Shown piece after piece: positions 1 to 14,230 of a stretch of DNA of 64,000 nt. The notes under the pieces were generated by a model. The model had not been told where the DNA came from. It did not search any database and worked only from the letters and a program-made list of their open reading frames with translations. Within the stretch, counting starts at the first letter, position 1, and every line of letters starts with the position of its first letter. Both the position numbers and the translations under genes were made by a program. Source of the stretch: the human T2T-CHM13v2.0 reference genome, Homo sapiens; assembly GCF_009914755.1 (NCBI RefSeq), contig NC_060932.1, one strand, 5' to 3'.

Positions 1-158
1 ATTAAGCAGATTGTATTAATTGAATTGTTCAAAACCTCTATGGCTTGATGGATTTTTAACTCTTATTTTATAGTTATTCAATGAATTGTGCTAAACTTGT
101 TCTACAATTATCAGTTTGTTCATTTCTTTTGTTGTAGTTCCATCCGTTTTTCATTTTA

Positions 159-504
<346 letters not shown>

Positions 505-826
505 AAAGGTATGTTATCAGATATAAAAAAATCTAAACATTATTATGTCTTTTTGATAGGTTTGACACTATCATTATTAAAAGTCCTTTTTATTTCTAGA
601 AATAATGTTTGCCTTAGATCTACGTTTTCTAATACCAGTATTGCTAAATCAATTGATTTTTGGTCTCTGTTTGGTATAATTTTTTTATTCTTTTCTTTAC
701 AAATTTTCTGTACTTTTATGTCTTAGATAAACCTTACAGAGACAGAATATAGGGTTTTTCTTTTGCTTTTGTTTTTATTTTATTTATTTATTTATTTATT
801 TAGTGTAGTGTAAAAAACTTCATAAG

Positions 827-1110
827 AAGCGAGGCATGATGGGTCATTCTTGCAATCCCAGCACTTTAAAAGTCCTAGACGATCAGCTCGCTTGAGGCCA
901 GGAGTTCAAGACCAGCCTGGGCAACATAGCAAAACCCCGTCTCTACAAAAATTAGCCAGAAGTGGTGGTGTGTGTGCCTGTAGTCTTATCAGGAGGCTGG
1001 GGCAAGAGGATCACTTGAGCTGGGGAGGTCACGTTAGAGCTGCAGTGAACTGTGACCCCCACACTTCAGCCTGGTTGATAGTGAGATACTGTCTAAAAAA
1101 ATATATTAGT
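827..1110 (+). mobile_element. AluJ-like element (diverged)
   Basis: GAGGCCAGGAGTTCAAGACCAGCCTGGGCAACATAG and GAGGATCACTTGAGC motifs. TSD AAAAACTT(C/T)ATAAG at 813-826 and 1111-1124. Confidence 0.88.
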
Positions 1111-1395
1111 AAAAACTTTATAAGGTTGCGTTTATTCTATTTACCTGCTATATAACTAATACCTTGTTTTGATTACATTCTACCACCTTACCTTGTGCCT
1201 TACATTTTTCCGCCACATTTGTTTCTTTTTAATCTCCTTTGCTTTTGCATTGTTTATGAAACAAACTGTTTATTTTTTTCTATATGTTTATTTTGAAGTT
1301 TTATACATTTCACTAACGTAGTTACTTTTCTTTTATACTTCTAATAAGTGATTACCTGAAAGATCACGACATTTGCTAAAGTTTTTACTTTACAA

Positions 1396-1635
1396 CAGTG
1401 GCCCAGAGTATTTTGTACGCCCTTGAATGTTCTTTGGATACTTTTCAAGGATCTAGAAGGTCAAAACTATTTTCATAATAAAATGTAGATGGTATTTGCC
1501 TCTTTCACTCTCATTCATTCATAGGTATAAAGTTAAAGTTTTCCAGAAGCTAAACGATGTGTGGTATTACAGGAGAGTAAATGCGGAAACATATATTATA
1601 AATCGTCTGCCTTCTATTAAACCAATCATTAATGT
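1396..1635. mobile_element. hAT-Charlie family DNA transposon fragment
   Basis: CAGTGG start and AGGTCAAAACTATTTTCATAATAA...TTTTCCAGAAGCTA...CTTCTATTAA motif string remembered from Charlie elements. Subfamily unresolved. Confidence 0.55.
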
Positions 1636-3159
1636 ACATGTTTTTTTTTCCTGTCTTCTTGCCAGTTTTACTATGCTCTTTGCTGTCTTTGGTTCTCTGA
1701 AGACACATGCCAAAGTGCCTTGGCGTGCTTATATTTATCTAGCTTTTGTTTTGTTTGTCTTCTGAATCTGTGTATTGACTTCTTTTTATCTATTTGTGAA
1801 AATTCTTAGCCATCATCTCTTTCAATATATCTTCTGTTCATTCCCTTTCTTAGCTGTGCTTGGGTTGGGACTCAAGTTTGAAGTTTTGTATTTCTCAGTG
1901 TAACACCTTTTTCTCTTATTCTCATATATGTTTTTTCCAAACTTTTGTCTCTCCAATCATCATTCTAGACCTTTTTTACTGAGCCATCTTTCTATTCACT
2001 AATTCTTTCTTTAGCTGCTTTTTAATGTGTTGTTAAACCCAACTTTACGTTTCATAAATATTTATTTGTCTAATTTCTAAATGGAACATTTTATAATCTA
2101 TTACCTCAGATATACCCTGATGAAAGTTTCAATTTTGTATCTTATATTCATATACATAGCAAACTTAATTAATGTCTGTATTAGAAAATTCCAATATCTG
2201 AAATGCCTAAATATTCAGTTCTGCTGTCTATTGTTTTTATTCTTCATGTTATTCTCCTGATGTACTTCATGAAGTTTTATTTCCTTATATTCTTGGTTAT
2301 TTTTATTCTCTTCCAAGAAACAGGTCTTATGAAAATATATTGACATAAGTAATGTTATTGTCATCCAGAAAGAATTTCCATTTTCTTTAGTCAGGAGCCT
2401 GACAGAATTCCAGGATCATCATAAACCATTTAAAGCTTGGCATTTTCTGGATCATCTCAATGGCTTAAATCTGAGCTCCAGTCCTGGCAAGGGCTTGATG
2501 ACTTCTGCCTTAACTTTGTAATTAGGATGCAGACATTTCTGATCCTAAGTAAAAGCAGAGCATGTTTACTAAGGCCTCCACATGTGGAAGATTCTGGACT
2601 TTAACATTTTGATCCAAACCTGTGAGACTGGCCAATGTAGCTGATTCTCTCATGTGACATTTCCGTGTAGAAAGCACACCTATGGCAAAAGTTGACCCGC
2701 ATTTGTATTAATGATTAACCTCTCTCAATTTTCATATTCCTATAAATTTTTCCTGGTTGTCTTTTAATAGCTTGTAAAACATCTAGTGCTTTAAGCATAT
2801 TCTTTTCCAGTTTCCTAAGGTAACATTAGATGGTGGGTTGTCTACATTCTCTAATATGCAACTACTGGAAGTGTAAGCTATAATATCCTTTTCATTTTAA
2901 CTCCTGTAATTATTCTGACACAGTAAATATATATTAAACTAAGTCATAGTTTTCTTTATGGGATGGTTATCTATTAAGCTTCATTTACCTTTTCAAAACT
3001 GTGTTGTTATCTGATCAACTATACCTGGCCATATAAGCAATACAAAATAATCAGTTATTATAGCTGGTTCTTATTATGTTATTATTAACCAGTGAAGTCT
3101 CTATGTAATGCATATGTTAGTAACCTAAAAGATTACAGAATACATTATATAATTAAAAG

Positions 3160-3310
3160 AGCAAGGCATCTTGGTTCAAATTCCAATTCTAACTTATATC
3201 AAGTTTGATTCATTTGTTAAGCTAATTTATTTAAATCACAATCCCTTAATTTGTTAATTCAGGGACTTTATAGCTCATAGGCTTATTGTAAGACAAACTG
3301 AGATAATGAG
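3160..3310 (+). mobile_element. MIR fragment
   Basis: TTGGTTCAAATTCC...CTCATAGGCTTATTGTAAGACAAACTGAGATAATG resembles the MIR body. Confidence 0.5.
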
Positions 3311-3439
3311 ATGGTGAATAATCCAATTATTTTAGAGAGTAAACATAATTAATGGAAAGAAGATGAGATCTATGAGTAGACGACAATAATATTTCAAATC
3401 TTGCATTTCAAATTCTTGCATTGTTATTAGTCAACTGTC

Positions 3440-3860
3440 ACCACATTAATGCTGCAAAACAAACCATCCCCTTACTAGCTGGAATACAACAATAAGTATT
3501 TCTTTCTTTCTGAAAGTAAACTGATTGTCATTAGCCACCAGTTTGGAGCTAGCTGGGCTTGGTCCAGGTGTTAAGCTGAGCTCTGATCTGCTGGCATGTG
3601 TTCCTATCCTGGGTATGAGTTTTTCATGATAATGGCAAAAGCACAAGATACTAAGCTAACTCTACTTGCGACACATTCATTAATATCCTATTGATGATAG
3701 AAGGTCTCATGAGCCAAAAAAAGAAAAAAATATCTAGGAGGAGGACTTAACTCTGCCAACCATAAAGCCAACGTAAATTATATGAAGTGGGAGGTATATC
3801 CTCCCGCACAGAGTTGTGATGAGAAAGAAATTGAATGCCACATGAATATGTTGTTAGAAA
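3440..3860. mobile_element. MLT1-type (ERVL-MaLR) LTR remnant
   Basis: TAATGCTGCAAAACAAACCATCCC...AACAATAAGTATTT start typical of old MLT1 LTRs. Confidence 0.5.
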
Positions 3861-4574
3861 TGTCATACTTATTTGTTAAGTGTTTGTGTATATGTTTGAC
3901 TCTCAAGAAAATCAGATCATAAAAAGAGGAGTGGCTCATCTCACAAAATCTTTGTTTGGAAATCGATCTGCCTTTATTAAGCACTAGAGGCTAAAGAGTT
4001 GATTTCAATGCCATTTGATATATGAATACACTAGCATAAATTGTATTCATCTAAGATCAATGATTAAAAGGAGGGCATTTATCATTCTCCCCTATCAGGC
4101 ACAGAGGAGAAGTGGTGTGCCGCCCTAGTGGTATTGCCATAAGATGTCTATCTGATTTGCTTTCTTTACTCACTTCAACATTCTGTATTAAAGCACATTC
4201 CCAATTAATAAAATGTCAGTAAGTGGTAAACAAGTGCGATGCATCAATGAATTCTATTATAAATAAGTATTTTTTTCTGTAAGAATTGATAGAGTGGGAA
4301 ATATAATCCATGGCAGGTTGGATGGCATAAACACTTGATAAATGCTGGTAGAAACGTATAAGAAATTCTTATGAGAGGTTTACATTCATTTACTGAAGAC
4401 AAATCTGGTTTAATGTACTTTTTTGCATCAATCAATTTGATAATTTTATGTGAGTTTTTAATACTACATGAAAAATACCTAAAATATTTTTAATATTTGC
4501 ATCTAAATATTTTTAGATATAAGATATCTAAAATAAGAAGTTTTGACAGTTGATTGTATTCCATTTTCTTGCAG

Positions 4575-4691
4575 ATTGTCTACATGGGCTGGTGTGAAGC
4601 CCGGGAGCAAGACCCCCTCCAGGACAGAGTGTACTCCCCGACCTTCCTGGCCCTGAGGGGCTCATGTCTCTACAAGTTTCTGGCACCTCCA
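4575..4691 (+). CDS. SNTG1: SNTG1 internal coding exon A (117 nt, phase 0-0): IVYMGWCEAREQDPLQDRVYSPTFLALRGSCLYKFLAPP, PH-domain region
   Basis: Acceptor ccattttcttgcag|ATT and donor CCA|gtacgt. GC-rich island in AT-rich flank. 39 codons with no stop. Peptide recognised as gamma-1-syntrophin. Confidence 0.93.
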
Positions 4692-6254
4692 GTACGTGTT
4701 TTATTGAAATGTATTGGTCGTTTCCATATTATCACAAGAGATTGACACCAACTTAACAGCACCAAATAGTATACCATCAATATTTTTAAAAAATAATATA
4801 GAGAAAAAGTAGAAATCAGTTTATCTGATTTAACTTACTAAAATATATATTCTGACATTAAACATTTGCTTTAACACCCTTGAAAAGTCTGGAACTTACT
4901 TCTTTATAAATAGTGAACCTATAAAATAATGGATCAAATTATAATGCCATTACAAATCTCATGACGACATGGGAAAGGAGATTTCAAGAAACATTTTCAA
5001 GCATATGTCAGTGTATTTTGTTTATGGAATAAAAATTAAAGAAATGAATATATCAAAAGTGAAATAAAAAAGAATAAACTGTTTTAGGGCTATACATGAA
5101 TGAACATGTTTACTAAACTCTTATTTTCCAAGGATCTTTTGTAAGTTCTTTTAAATTTATTCAGCACTTTTAATTACTAGTAATTTATTATTAGCAAAGA
5201 ATAATAAGGAAATTTCAAAATGATAGCATCTTATCTAGCTACTATTAAGTCTATCTCACCCTATGGTAATCCCATAGGATGATGTTAACTCTCATGGTGT
5301 TCAACATTTAAATTAGAGGATTCTATCCTTGGCAAACAACACAAATACATTCTGGTAAGCTATCATTTATGACAAGTCGAACTTGCTTATTTATGTTGTA
5401 CAGGTCTCTCTATATAAAATCAATAACATTTTCATCTTCTATTATATTCTATATCCTAGTTATTGAGATTTGTACTAGATATGTATAGATACCTATTGCA
5501 CCTCAAGTCTTGCTTTTGGAAACATGTACCTTGCAGCTCAGAAGACACTTAATAAATATTTATTGAATATAAATACCAAATGCCAGACCAGTCACTTGCA
5601 GGTCTAATAATACATAAGATTTAGAAATCATCAGGTCTAACTTGCTGCTGTTTTAAATGTCTGTCTCTACACAAAGTTTAAAGCACTAGGAAGACAGAGG
5701 AAAAATTGATATTTATATATTTTACTCTATTCCTACTCTGAATAATTTATTTGACAAGACAGTTAAATATAGTTTCCAACCTAAGTAAGTGAAATAACTG
5801 CATTATGCTTTGGGAATGTTTGCAATGTCACAGTCATCTTGGAATTTCTTAATATAAATGATGTATATTTAAAAAATATAGCTGTGTTGAGGTCTGGTAT
5901 TCTCTGTATTTAATAGTGGTAAATTAAAAAAAATATGAGTGTGGAATGTAAATACTTAGTATTTATAGGTAGAGAATGCGTATATTATTTAAGATATATA
6001 AGGACACTGGGCAAATGAGAACTGTTGCACATAATATAAATCATTTGCTGAAAGCATAAGACAAATGGTAACAAAGCTTGGAATAGAGGAAACAAAAGCA
6101 TTATGTAGGGTCCTTTATGAGCATGGCTTCACAGATGAGAGACTAGATACATCTGTGAAAGTTTTTTCTTATTTTTCACTATATTATGCAAATCAAATAC
6201 AGTGGTAAATAACTTTCTAAAACAAATTAAACATTATTTTCTTATCTTTTAAAG

Positions 6255-6326
6255 GTGACCACCTGGGACTGGACGAGAGCAGAGAAAACATTCTCAGTTT
6301 ATGAGATTATGTGCAAGATCCTCAAG
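6255..6326 (+). CDS. SNTG1: SNTG1 internal coding exon B (72 nt, phase 0-0): VTTWDWTRAEKTFSVYEIMCKILK
   Basis: Acceptor ttttcttatcttttaaag|GTG and donor AAG|gtatga. Continues exon A in frame. Too short for the ORF track. Confidence 0.92.
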
Positions 6327-7506
6327 GTATGATCAATATGTAGTCAGTATTTGAATGGCTTTTCCTCAGCAAATAGTGCCTCTGGGCTCATAAGCAGCTC
6401 ATGAAAACAAATCATTCATGGAATGAAAGAAGAGACACGATAAAGACAAATGAAAGAGAAAGAAAATAAACTAGACAAAAAAGAGAAAATATAGAATGCA
6501 CAGAAGTGCACTGGCACTCAGCTATCTGCTTAAATAACTTGCAAGCAGACTCTGCAGTCCCACCGTGGGTGAGGGAACAGGGAGAAGCTCCTCAGGAGTT
6601 CACTGGGGAAGAAGAAAATTCAGTTGAAAGTAGTCTGAATTTAAACGTTGGTTGTTACCATGTTTTTTTTTTTAATTCTTTTTTTCTGAATAAAATGCAA
6701 AAGAGAAAGATTTGGGTGAGACCTGGAATTAGAAAATATAGAAAATATCAGGAAAAATGCAAAGAAAAGTTTTGCTGTTTTGTTCTTAATCTCATGGCTT
6801 GACCATCTTTTTGCATATGTAAAAGAACATTCGATTGTCATATATCAGTTGAATTTCATGCCATATGCAGGATTATTACAATATCAAGCCATCACAAATT
6901 CTATAAAATGTCACATGGTTTCTATAGCGTTTTTTAAAGAATTAAAATTGGAACAACCTATAAAACATGAAGACTAATATATATTCACTTTCTACTTTAG
7001 GGTTTGTAGGCTTGGACTCACCACAGATTGATAATTAAATTCCTGCATAAGGTTGACCTTGTTTCTGTATCCAAGGGGAGCTAATTTCCCTTTGCTTTAT
7101 GTTAGCTATTTCTCTTCCCGTTAAAGACTTAGCAGAGTAGAAAAATGCTGAAACATTTAAAATATAATAAAATGCATCAAAAGTGTCTGAAGGCAGAGAG
7201 ACAAAAATTATAATTACCTCAAAATTGTTTATAGTTTCTGTTCCTTATAGAGAACTTTGGATTAAAGCTGAAGTTCTCTGAAGTGCAAAATCCAGCCAAA
7301 AGTATAGTTCATTGATTGCTCATCACTGTGCATGCTTTGAGTTCTTCTGTAGGCGTAATGGTGGAAGGACAACCTGAAATACTTGAGTGTATTGTTAGTA
7401 AAGAAGGGTCTGACAATTTCTTAAACAGAGGCTAGTATCTGAGGAAAAGGAGATCATACACGACTCCAGTTTTCTGAAATAATTGCCAAAATGGCTAATG
7501 AGATAG

Positions 7507-7802
<296 letters not shown>

Positions 7803-7839
7803 GAACTGTGTATTTTTAGGAAAGCTACTCATGTAATTA

Positions 7840-8197
7840 GGGGAAGAAAAGAAAGAAAGAAAAGAAAAGAAGGAAAAGAAAAGAAGAAAAGAAAAGGAAA
7901 GAAGGAAGGAAAGAAGGAGGGAAGGAGAGAGAGAGAGAAAGAAGGAAAGAAGAAAGAAAGAGAAAGAAAGAGAGACAGTAAGAAGGAAAGAAGAAAGAAA
8001 GAAAGAGAAAGAAAGAAAGAAAGAGAGAGAGAGAAAGAAGGAAGGAAGGAAGAAAAAGAGAAAGAAAGGAAAGAAAGAAAGAAGAAAGAAAGAGAAAAAA
8101 GAAAGGGAGGAAGGGCAGGGAGTGCACAGAGGGGAGAAAGGAAAGAAGGAAGGAGAAGGAAGGGAGGGAGGGAGGGAGAAGGAAGGAAGGAAAAAAA
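7840..8197 (+). repeat. ~360-bp GA-rich polypurine low-complexity tract (GAAA/GAAG/GGAG units)
   Basis: Almost only G and A on the + strand. Confidence 0.95.
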
Positions 8198-9191
8198 CTG
8201 CCTCAACAAATCAACTTTGTCTATTCTCTATCTGTACACTAATACAACTTTTATCATAGTAATAATGCAACACATATTTATATATTCTTACTTAGACTTA
8301 AATTATTTTCTAACCACTCTCCAAGTAGCTGCATGATCTTTTAAATCCTCTCTTTTAAAAAAAGCTATTTAAACATTAGAACATAATGCAGTTTACTATA
8401 GTAGTTAAAAAGGATAATTTTAAAGGAAATAATAAACATTATGTTTAGCTCTATCAAGATATACAAACAATATGTTCTATCTCTTTGTTACAATTTTTGA
8501 CAAAGATTATGCAATTCATGATCTGCTATTTTGTGTAAAAATATGTCTTGAGATTTTTTTCTATGACAGTTAATGTTCCTTAAAAACACTGATAACTTTT
8601 TGATAGATTTCATCTATCCCATCATTTGCTTATATTCATTGAGTCCACTTTAAAATTTTACATTTAGTTTTTTCCCCCACTTGTTCTTGCTATCAGGCAT
8701 ATCACAACAATCATTATTTGAATGGTTTAATAGAAAATTAAATGTTTGCTATATACCAGGTAACCTCAGCACTTGTTATGTGGCTGAGAAAAATGCAGAA
8801 AAAGCCACTGCTTTCATTGAGCTTGCATTTTATTAGGTGATATGATGTTAAGTAAATCAATAAAGAAGACAAAAATAGTAAGTAAATAAATGAGACAAAA
8901 TAATAATATGTAGGAAGGACTGATATTTGCTCAGACTTTTATGCAAATTCTTATTTCCTTTAGTCTAAATTCTGAGCTTTGGAAACCCCATGTGGAAAAA
9001 TATTTTAATGTATTCAAGATATTAAATCCATGTGTACAAATTGCCTCCTACAAGTCATCTTAACTTATGCGGCCATCAGAAGTGTCTATGAGAGTGCCTG
9101 TATATTTACATTCTGACCAAATTAAAATCAAAGACTACTTCTCATTTTAACTTTCTATATACAATTTTCTATAAGCCTTAGTTTACTTGAA

Positions 9192-9390
9192 TTTTTTTAA
9201 TACTTCAAGTTCTGGGATACATGTGCAGAACGTACAGTTTTGTTACGTAGGTATACATGTACCATGGTGGTTTGCTGCACCTATCCACCCATCATCTAGG
9301 TTTTAGGCCCTGCATGTATTAGGTATTTGTCCTAATGATGTCTCTCCCCTTGCCCCCAACCTCCCAACAGGCCCTGGTGTGTGATGTTCT
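9192..9390 (-). mobile_element. 5'-truncated L1PA7-like 3' UTR fragment
   Basis: TACTTCAAGTTCTGGGATACATGTGCAGAACG...TCATCTAGGTTTTAGGCCCTGCATG. Confidence 0.85.
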
Positions 9391-10029
9391 ACTTGGGAAA
9401 ATGTTTACATAGGTTAGTGAGGCCTGGCGATAAGTATTCTCATACATCAAATACAATGTAAATCTACCTTCAATTGTTGTATGTAATCAAGGAAGTCCCC
9501 CTCCCCTTAGTAAGTACAATGCTGGTGCTTTATGCTTTGTGGCTTGACATTAGACATATAAAGCCATCCTTCAAGCATTCCTTTTCCCAAAGGAAAATTT
9601 CATGTAGCATGAGAACAGAGGAGTGGCTTCTAGATTCGATGCTAATGGATTATTTTCCTGCATGCAGATTACCTTCTGGCCTTCTCCTGTGTCAGGATCA
9701 CTGGTTGATAAGGAAGCCAGTCAGATAGGTGGGGCAGGTGAGCAAATAAGAAGGGGCATCTTCTACAGCCTAAATCAGAGGGGGAGTCTTCTACAGCCCA
9801 GCCCTCTCCTGCCATGAGGTATCACTTCTGATGCAAGCTGTGCAAGTTGTAGACTTCTGCCTCAAGAAAATGGATCCCTCAGGTGAGGCTAATTAAAAGT
9901 CAGATTTGAATGTCTGGATCACAGAAGAACTTGCCTGTGACCATTAATCAGGAAAATCCTGTCCCTTCTGATGTGTTCATAATGAAGCTACACCAGTAAT
10001 AACAAAAATGAAGCAATAAGGTTTATCTG

Positions 10030-10265
10030 GTACATATAGTTTATATGTATGTGCCAGGTGTTGTCCTAAGTGCTTAGTATATGAATTCAGTTTGTATTTA
10101 CAGCACCACTATCTGTCAGTTATTGTTATTCCCATTTTAGAGATTTGGAAACTGAGGCAAAAAGCAGTTTAAGTAAATAGCCTAAGGTCACACAGCTAGT
10201 AAATATCAGAGCTAAAGATATGAATCTTGCAATGTGTCAAAATTCTGTGCTCTTGCACATGATAC
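10030..10265 (-). mobile_element. MIR
   Basis: ATGTGCCAGG...CCCATTTTAGAGATTTGGAAACTGAGGC...AAGGTCACACAGCTAGTAAAT core. Confidence 0.85.
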
Positions 10266-10534
10266 TACACTGTCTCTGTCTCTCAGCGTAAATATTGATA
10301 ATTTGGGAAAAAAGATGGGAACCAGAGAGCCAGCCTGGTACTGATGAGAGAGCAAAGGTTTCAGAAAAAGGAATTTGGCAACAAATGCCACTTCTGTTAC
10401 TAAAACATTACCCTTTATGAGTGTATTGGGCACTATGAACTTCAGTTCTTCATCTGTGAAATGCAGCTATGGATGCAGAGGGTGCTGTGAAGATTAGGAA
10501 TTGGTTAACTGATTTGTGAATGCATTTTTGTCTG

Positions 10535-11050
10535 TTAATTCATATCAGTTACTTCGAGTACCTTCTATGTGCCAAGCACTCCACTAGGTATTAAGGATAA
10601 ATACAACAGTATAAGAGAGTTGAACTCACAAAAATTCCAGCTGATGAAGGAGTTTAGGAAGGGCATTTTGGAGGAGGCTTTTAATGAACTGAAACCTAAG
10701 TGACTGTGAAAGGGCTCCACAGAGGAAGATGTGTCATGGCAGGGGTTGGAGTCCAGCCAGTAGGAGGGGAGGAGCAACCTGGTCCAAGGAATAATGTATA
10801 AACTTGCCCAGAGCTACAAAGAAGTATGTGTCCCTTCAACAAGGCAAACAAGTTTGTTACAGCTGTAGTCATCTTGGGTATGAGGTTGGTGTTGGTGTTT
10901 GGATGGAACAGATCATAGGAAAAGGCCTTAATAAAGCACATGAACTTTATCTGAGGAACAAAGGACAGCCACTAAAGCATGTCAAGCATAGGGAGGGACT
11001 GAGGTTGCCCATTTAAAAATCCTCTTCGAATGCAACGTGAGATGGAGATG
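10535..11050 (-). mobile_element. L2 fragment
   Basis: GAGTACCTTCTATGTGCCAAGCACT 3'-end-like motif and purine-rich L2-like body. Confidence 0.5.
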
Positions 11051-11589
11051 AAGGGGCCAGAGGGGAGTGCTCCTGGGACATCTTCTGGTCAACCAGGGCA
11101 TGGACAGCGGGCTAGGAGGAGAGAGGCAGAGGAGTCGGGCCTGAATAGATAGTGCCCTCACAGTAGCTACTCACCTGCATAGACCAGCCTTCTTGCACCG
11201 CTCTGGTTTGACTCGTTTTGCTCTGATTCTAGCCTGAGCTGTAACTCCCTAACACGGCACTGTAGTGGTGCATGGCTGGAAAAAAGACAACCTGCATTTT
11301 CAATTACAGACTAAAATCTCAAGAAAGCCTCTAATTCTTCCTATTGTTATGTCATATTTTCTTAGCCTATTCTCTTGTCTAATCTACTGGAACTTATATT
11401 AAACCTTTTTCATTCTTTTTTGAAATTAATATACACTTCCCATTCTCACTTTTAGGAGATGATCCTACTTCCTACATGCAAACTCTCTCAGCATTGCAAA
11501 TGCCTCCTGGCAGCCCTATCCTGACAGATAACTATCCTTGCTCTTATCTAATACTAAGCCTCCCATTGGGTAACAGATCTCAACCACAC

Positions 11590-11730
11590 TTACATAAACA
11601 GCAATTCTATCCTGATGACTCCAAATGCATATGTTCTGCCCAGATCTTGTCCCCGAACTCTAAGTATTCAACAGTTTATATTTCTGCCTACTGACATACC
11701 TAGTAGAAATGTCCATGTTACACGTCTCAA
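11590..11730 (+). mobile_element. L2 fragment
   Basis: CTGATGACTCCAAATGCATATGTTCTGCCCAGATCT...TGCCTACTGACAT, an L2 RT-region motif. Confidence 0.55.
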
Positions 11731-12839
11731 AATTTAGGATCAACAATTGGAGAGAATTTAAAGCAACATGGAAGTTAGAGAAAAGAGAAAAACAAAAGCA
11801 AAAACTAGAGTTTGGCTATTTTTTTAGAAACTCATGGCAATTAGCTGAGATGATACTAAGTTATAGCACGGAGTACATTTTAGCATTACAGACCTCTGGT
11901 GCCTGCCAACAGGGGTGTGTTGAGCTGTTAGGGAAACTGTCATTTATTCAACTTTGGGACTTTAATAATTAAGAAAATGCAAAACTAGGAATATAAAATT
12001 AGGCATGAAAGTGAATATATATCAAGAATGAGAAAAAGCTCATGATGCAGAATAAAGTTGGCAAATGCCACAAACATTGAAAATCTATGAAAAATACCCT
12101 ATATTTGTAATTAATTCACGAAGACACTTATTGAGTACTTTTTCTCCTATATTTTTGGGGGGCTGTGTATTCTTTGATCACCTCTTTGAATAAAAAGGAT
12201 TTTGTAAACCAGTGTCTATGGGAAAAAGAAGTAGACCCCCTGCATCTTGCCCTCATCTCTCTGGGCACCATGATCACCTGCCTCCCAGAGGATACCCAAG
12301 GCCTTTAGCCCAGGGACAGCTACCAATGGAACTTAGATCTCATCCTACAGCTGAATTCAGGAGTACAGTTGCAATGATCAGGTTCTTCCTAGTGAGAGGA
12401 AGATCGGACGTAACTGCATGACTTGAAGCCCAAGTGTAGTAGTTGTTATGCTAACAGAGCATACATGGGGAACATAGAGGAGTAGTGAAAGGAATGTCTG
12501 TCTTCATTCATAATAGATGAGCAGTGTATCATTTGTATAAAAATGTACTCCCTATCATTTGGCCAGGAAACCCTTAAAAACTAGAGGATCATTTTGTTTG
12601 TAGATATTCAACAACTGCCTGTTTCAGAGCTAGCAATAGATTTAGCAAGAACAAGTCTTTGGATGACAGAGATTATTTTTTTAAACAGTATTTTTCATGA
12701 TACTGTTTTTCAGCCTGGTATTACAAATAAGTTTACATTTTTGATAAAATATACATAGTGAGCAATACAGTCACACTGATATTCATCTAAAATCATTTTT
12801 AGAAAAAAGGAGAAAACATGCTTGGCAGGGTTGAATGAG

Positions 12840-14230
12840 GAGGGTATTCAGAGTGAATGCAGGTGGGAGATGGGGAAGGAGAAAGAGGGATTGATCAACT
12901 AAGTAGATATGTTATGCGGAAGGTGAAATAGGAGCCTTATTTCTCACTGTTAGAGATGAAAGTCATAAATACAGAAAGAAAGAAGCCAAGAATAAATTCT
13001 GTTGTATTGGATTACAATTAGAAATATTGGTATGCAGCCTCAGTTTGTAGTGTGTGTTTGTGTGTGTGTGTGTGTGTGCATGCATGTATATGTATGCAGC
13101 TGTACCTTACTCTGTCCCCAAAATATCTGGGGTCAGAGAGTTCTCAATAGCAAGGAGCACACTCAGCAAAGCTCTCCATTTCTCAATATTATTCTCCACT
13201 GCAAAAAGCCAGAACTCTGTAGAGAAATGTTTGATGGCTGGGTTGTGGCGTAGAAAGTCAAAGATGAGGCTAAGTCATATTACTGTGCTAGGAAATAAGG
13301 AGGTGTTCAGAGAATGATGGAGATAGATGAAAAGACATAAAAGCAACTTTCAAGAGCATCTATTGGGCAAATTCGGGACAAATTGAGCAATTCTGGGATA
13401 AAATAAATGTTAGCAATGGATTATAACTCAGCAAATAAAATAGGAAACCATTAAGTCTATCTTCATAAAAATAAAGAAGTGAAAAATGTGACAAGGGACA
13501 AAGAACTTACTTAGTTTCAAAGTACCTCCTCAGAAATAACTTACTGTAATTATAAAAGAATAAAGGAGAACTTTACAGAGCACAAAAGTGACAGCATTGC
13601 CTTAACAAATTGATCAAAGTGAACACTTCATTAAAGCAACACATCAAAAATTATGCATGTCTGATAGGGAGACAGACTATAATAATTAGCAAAATAGCAG
13701 GTTCATGACATTCCCACTAAAGCTGGGTACAAATGAAATCTAACTAGGAGGAAACATCTATCTAATGTAATGTAAAGGAGAAAACCAATGTAATCTAACC
13801 AAATCTAATGTGATTTAACCTATTCTAGTCCTGAGAAAATCTCCAACAAACCCAAGTGAGACACATTTCATATAAAATGAATGTCCTATTTTCTTCAATA
13901 GTGTCAAAGTCATTAAAGTTAGGAAAAGATCAAGGCATTTTTCTCACTGAAGGCAAGTAGCATCACAGAACAACCACATGCAGCAGAGGATTCTGAACTG
14001 GTGAGTCATGAATGAAGCCCAAGGACTAGACCACATCAGAGTCCTTGCTTTGATGATTGCATTGTGTTTATGTAGGTGAATGCCCTAATGTTCTTGTTTG
14101 TAGAAGGTACACACACACTGAAGTATGAGGGTGGGAGGTAATGAAGTATCACATTGGTAGTTAACAAACAGTTCAGAAAATAAGTATTTGTAATTCACTT
14201 GCAAATGTTCTTTAAATTTGATTGTATTAA
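12840..14230 (+). mobile_element. Old L1MC/MD-type 3' region containing a (TG)n microsatellite at ~13050-13079
   Basis: AGTTTCAAAGTACCTCC...AACTTTACAG...TTAACAAATTGATCAAAGTGAACA and TTGCATTGTGTTTATGTAGGTGAATGCCC motifs. Confidence 0.55.

Noticed and set aside
7829-8209. F/L/S-rich 126-aa and 96-aa ORFs
   Set aside because: Translations of the GA/TC low-complexity tract, which lacks stops by composition.
11890-12480. Possible old hAT-type DNA transposon or regulatory island
   Set aside because: I could not identify termini, a TSD or a family with confidence, and found no splice or ORF signal.
13750-13830. Repeated TCTAATGT/AATGTAAT motifs
   Set aside because: Short degenerate slippage inside an old L1 3' region, with no regular period.
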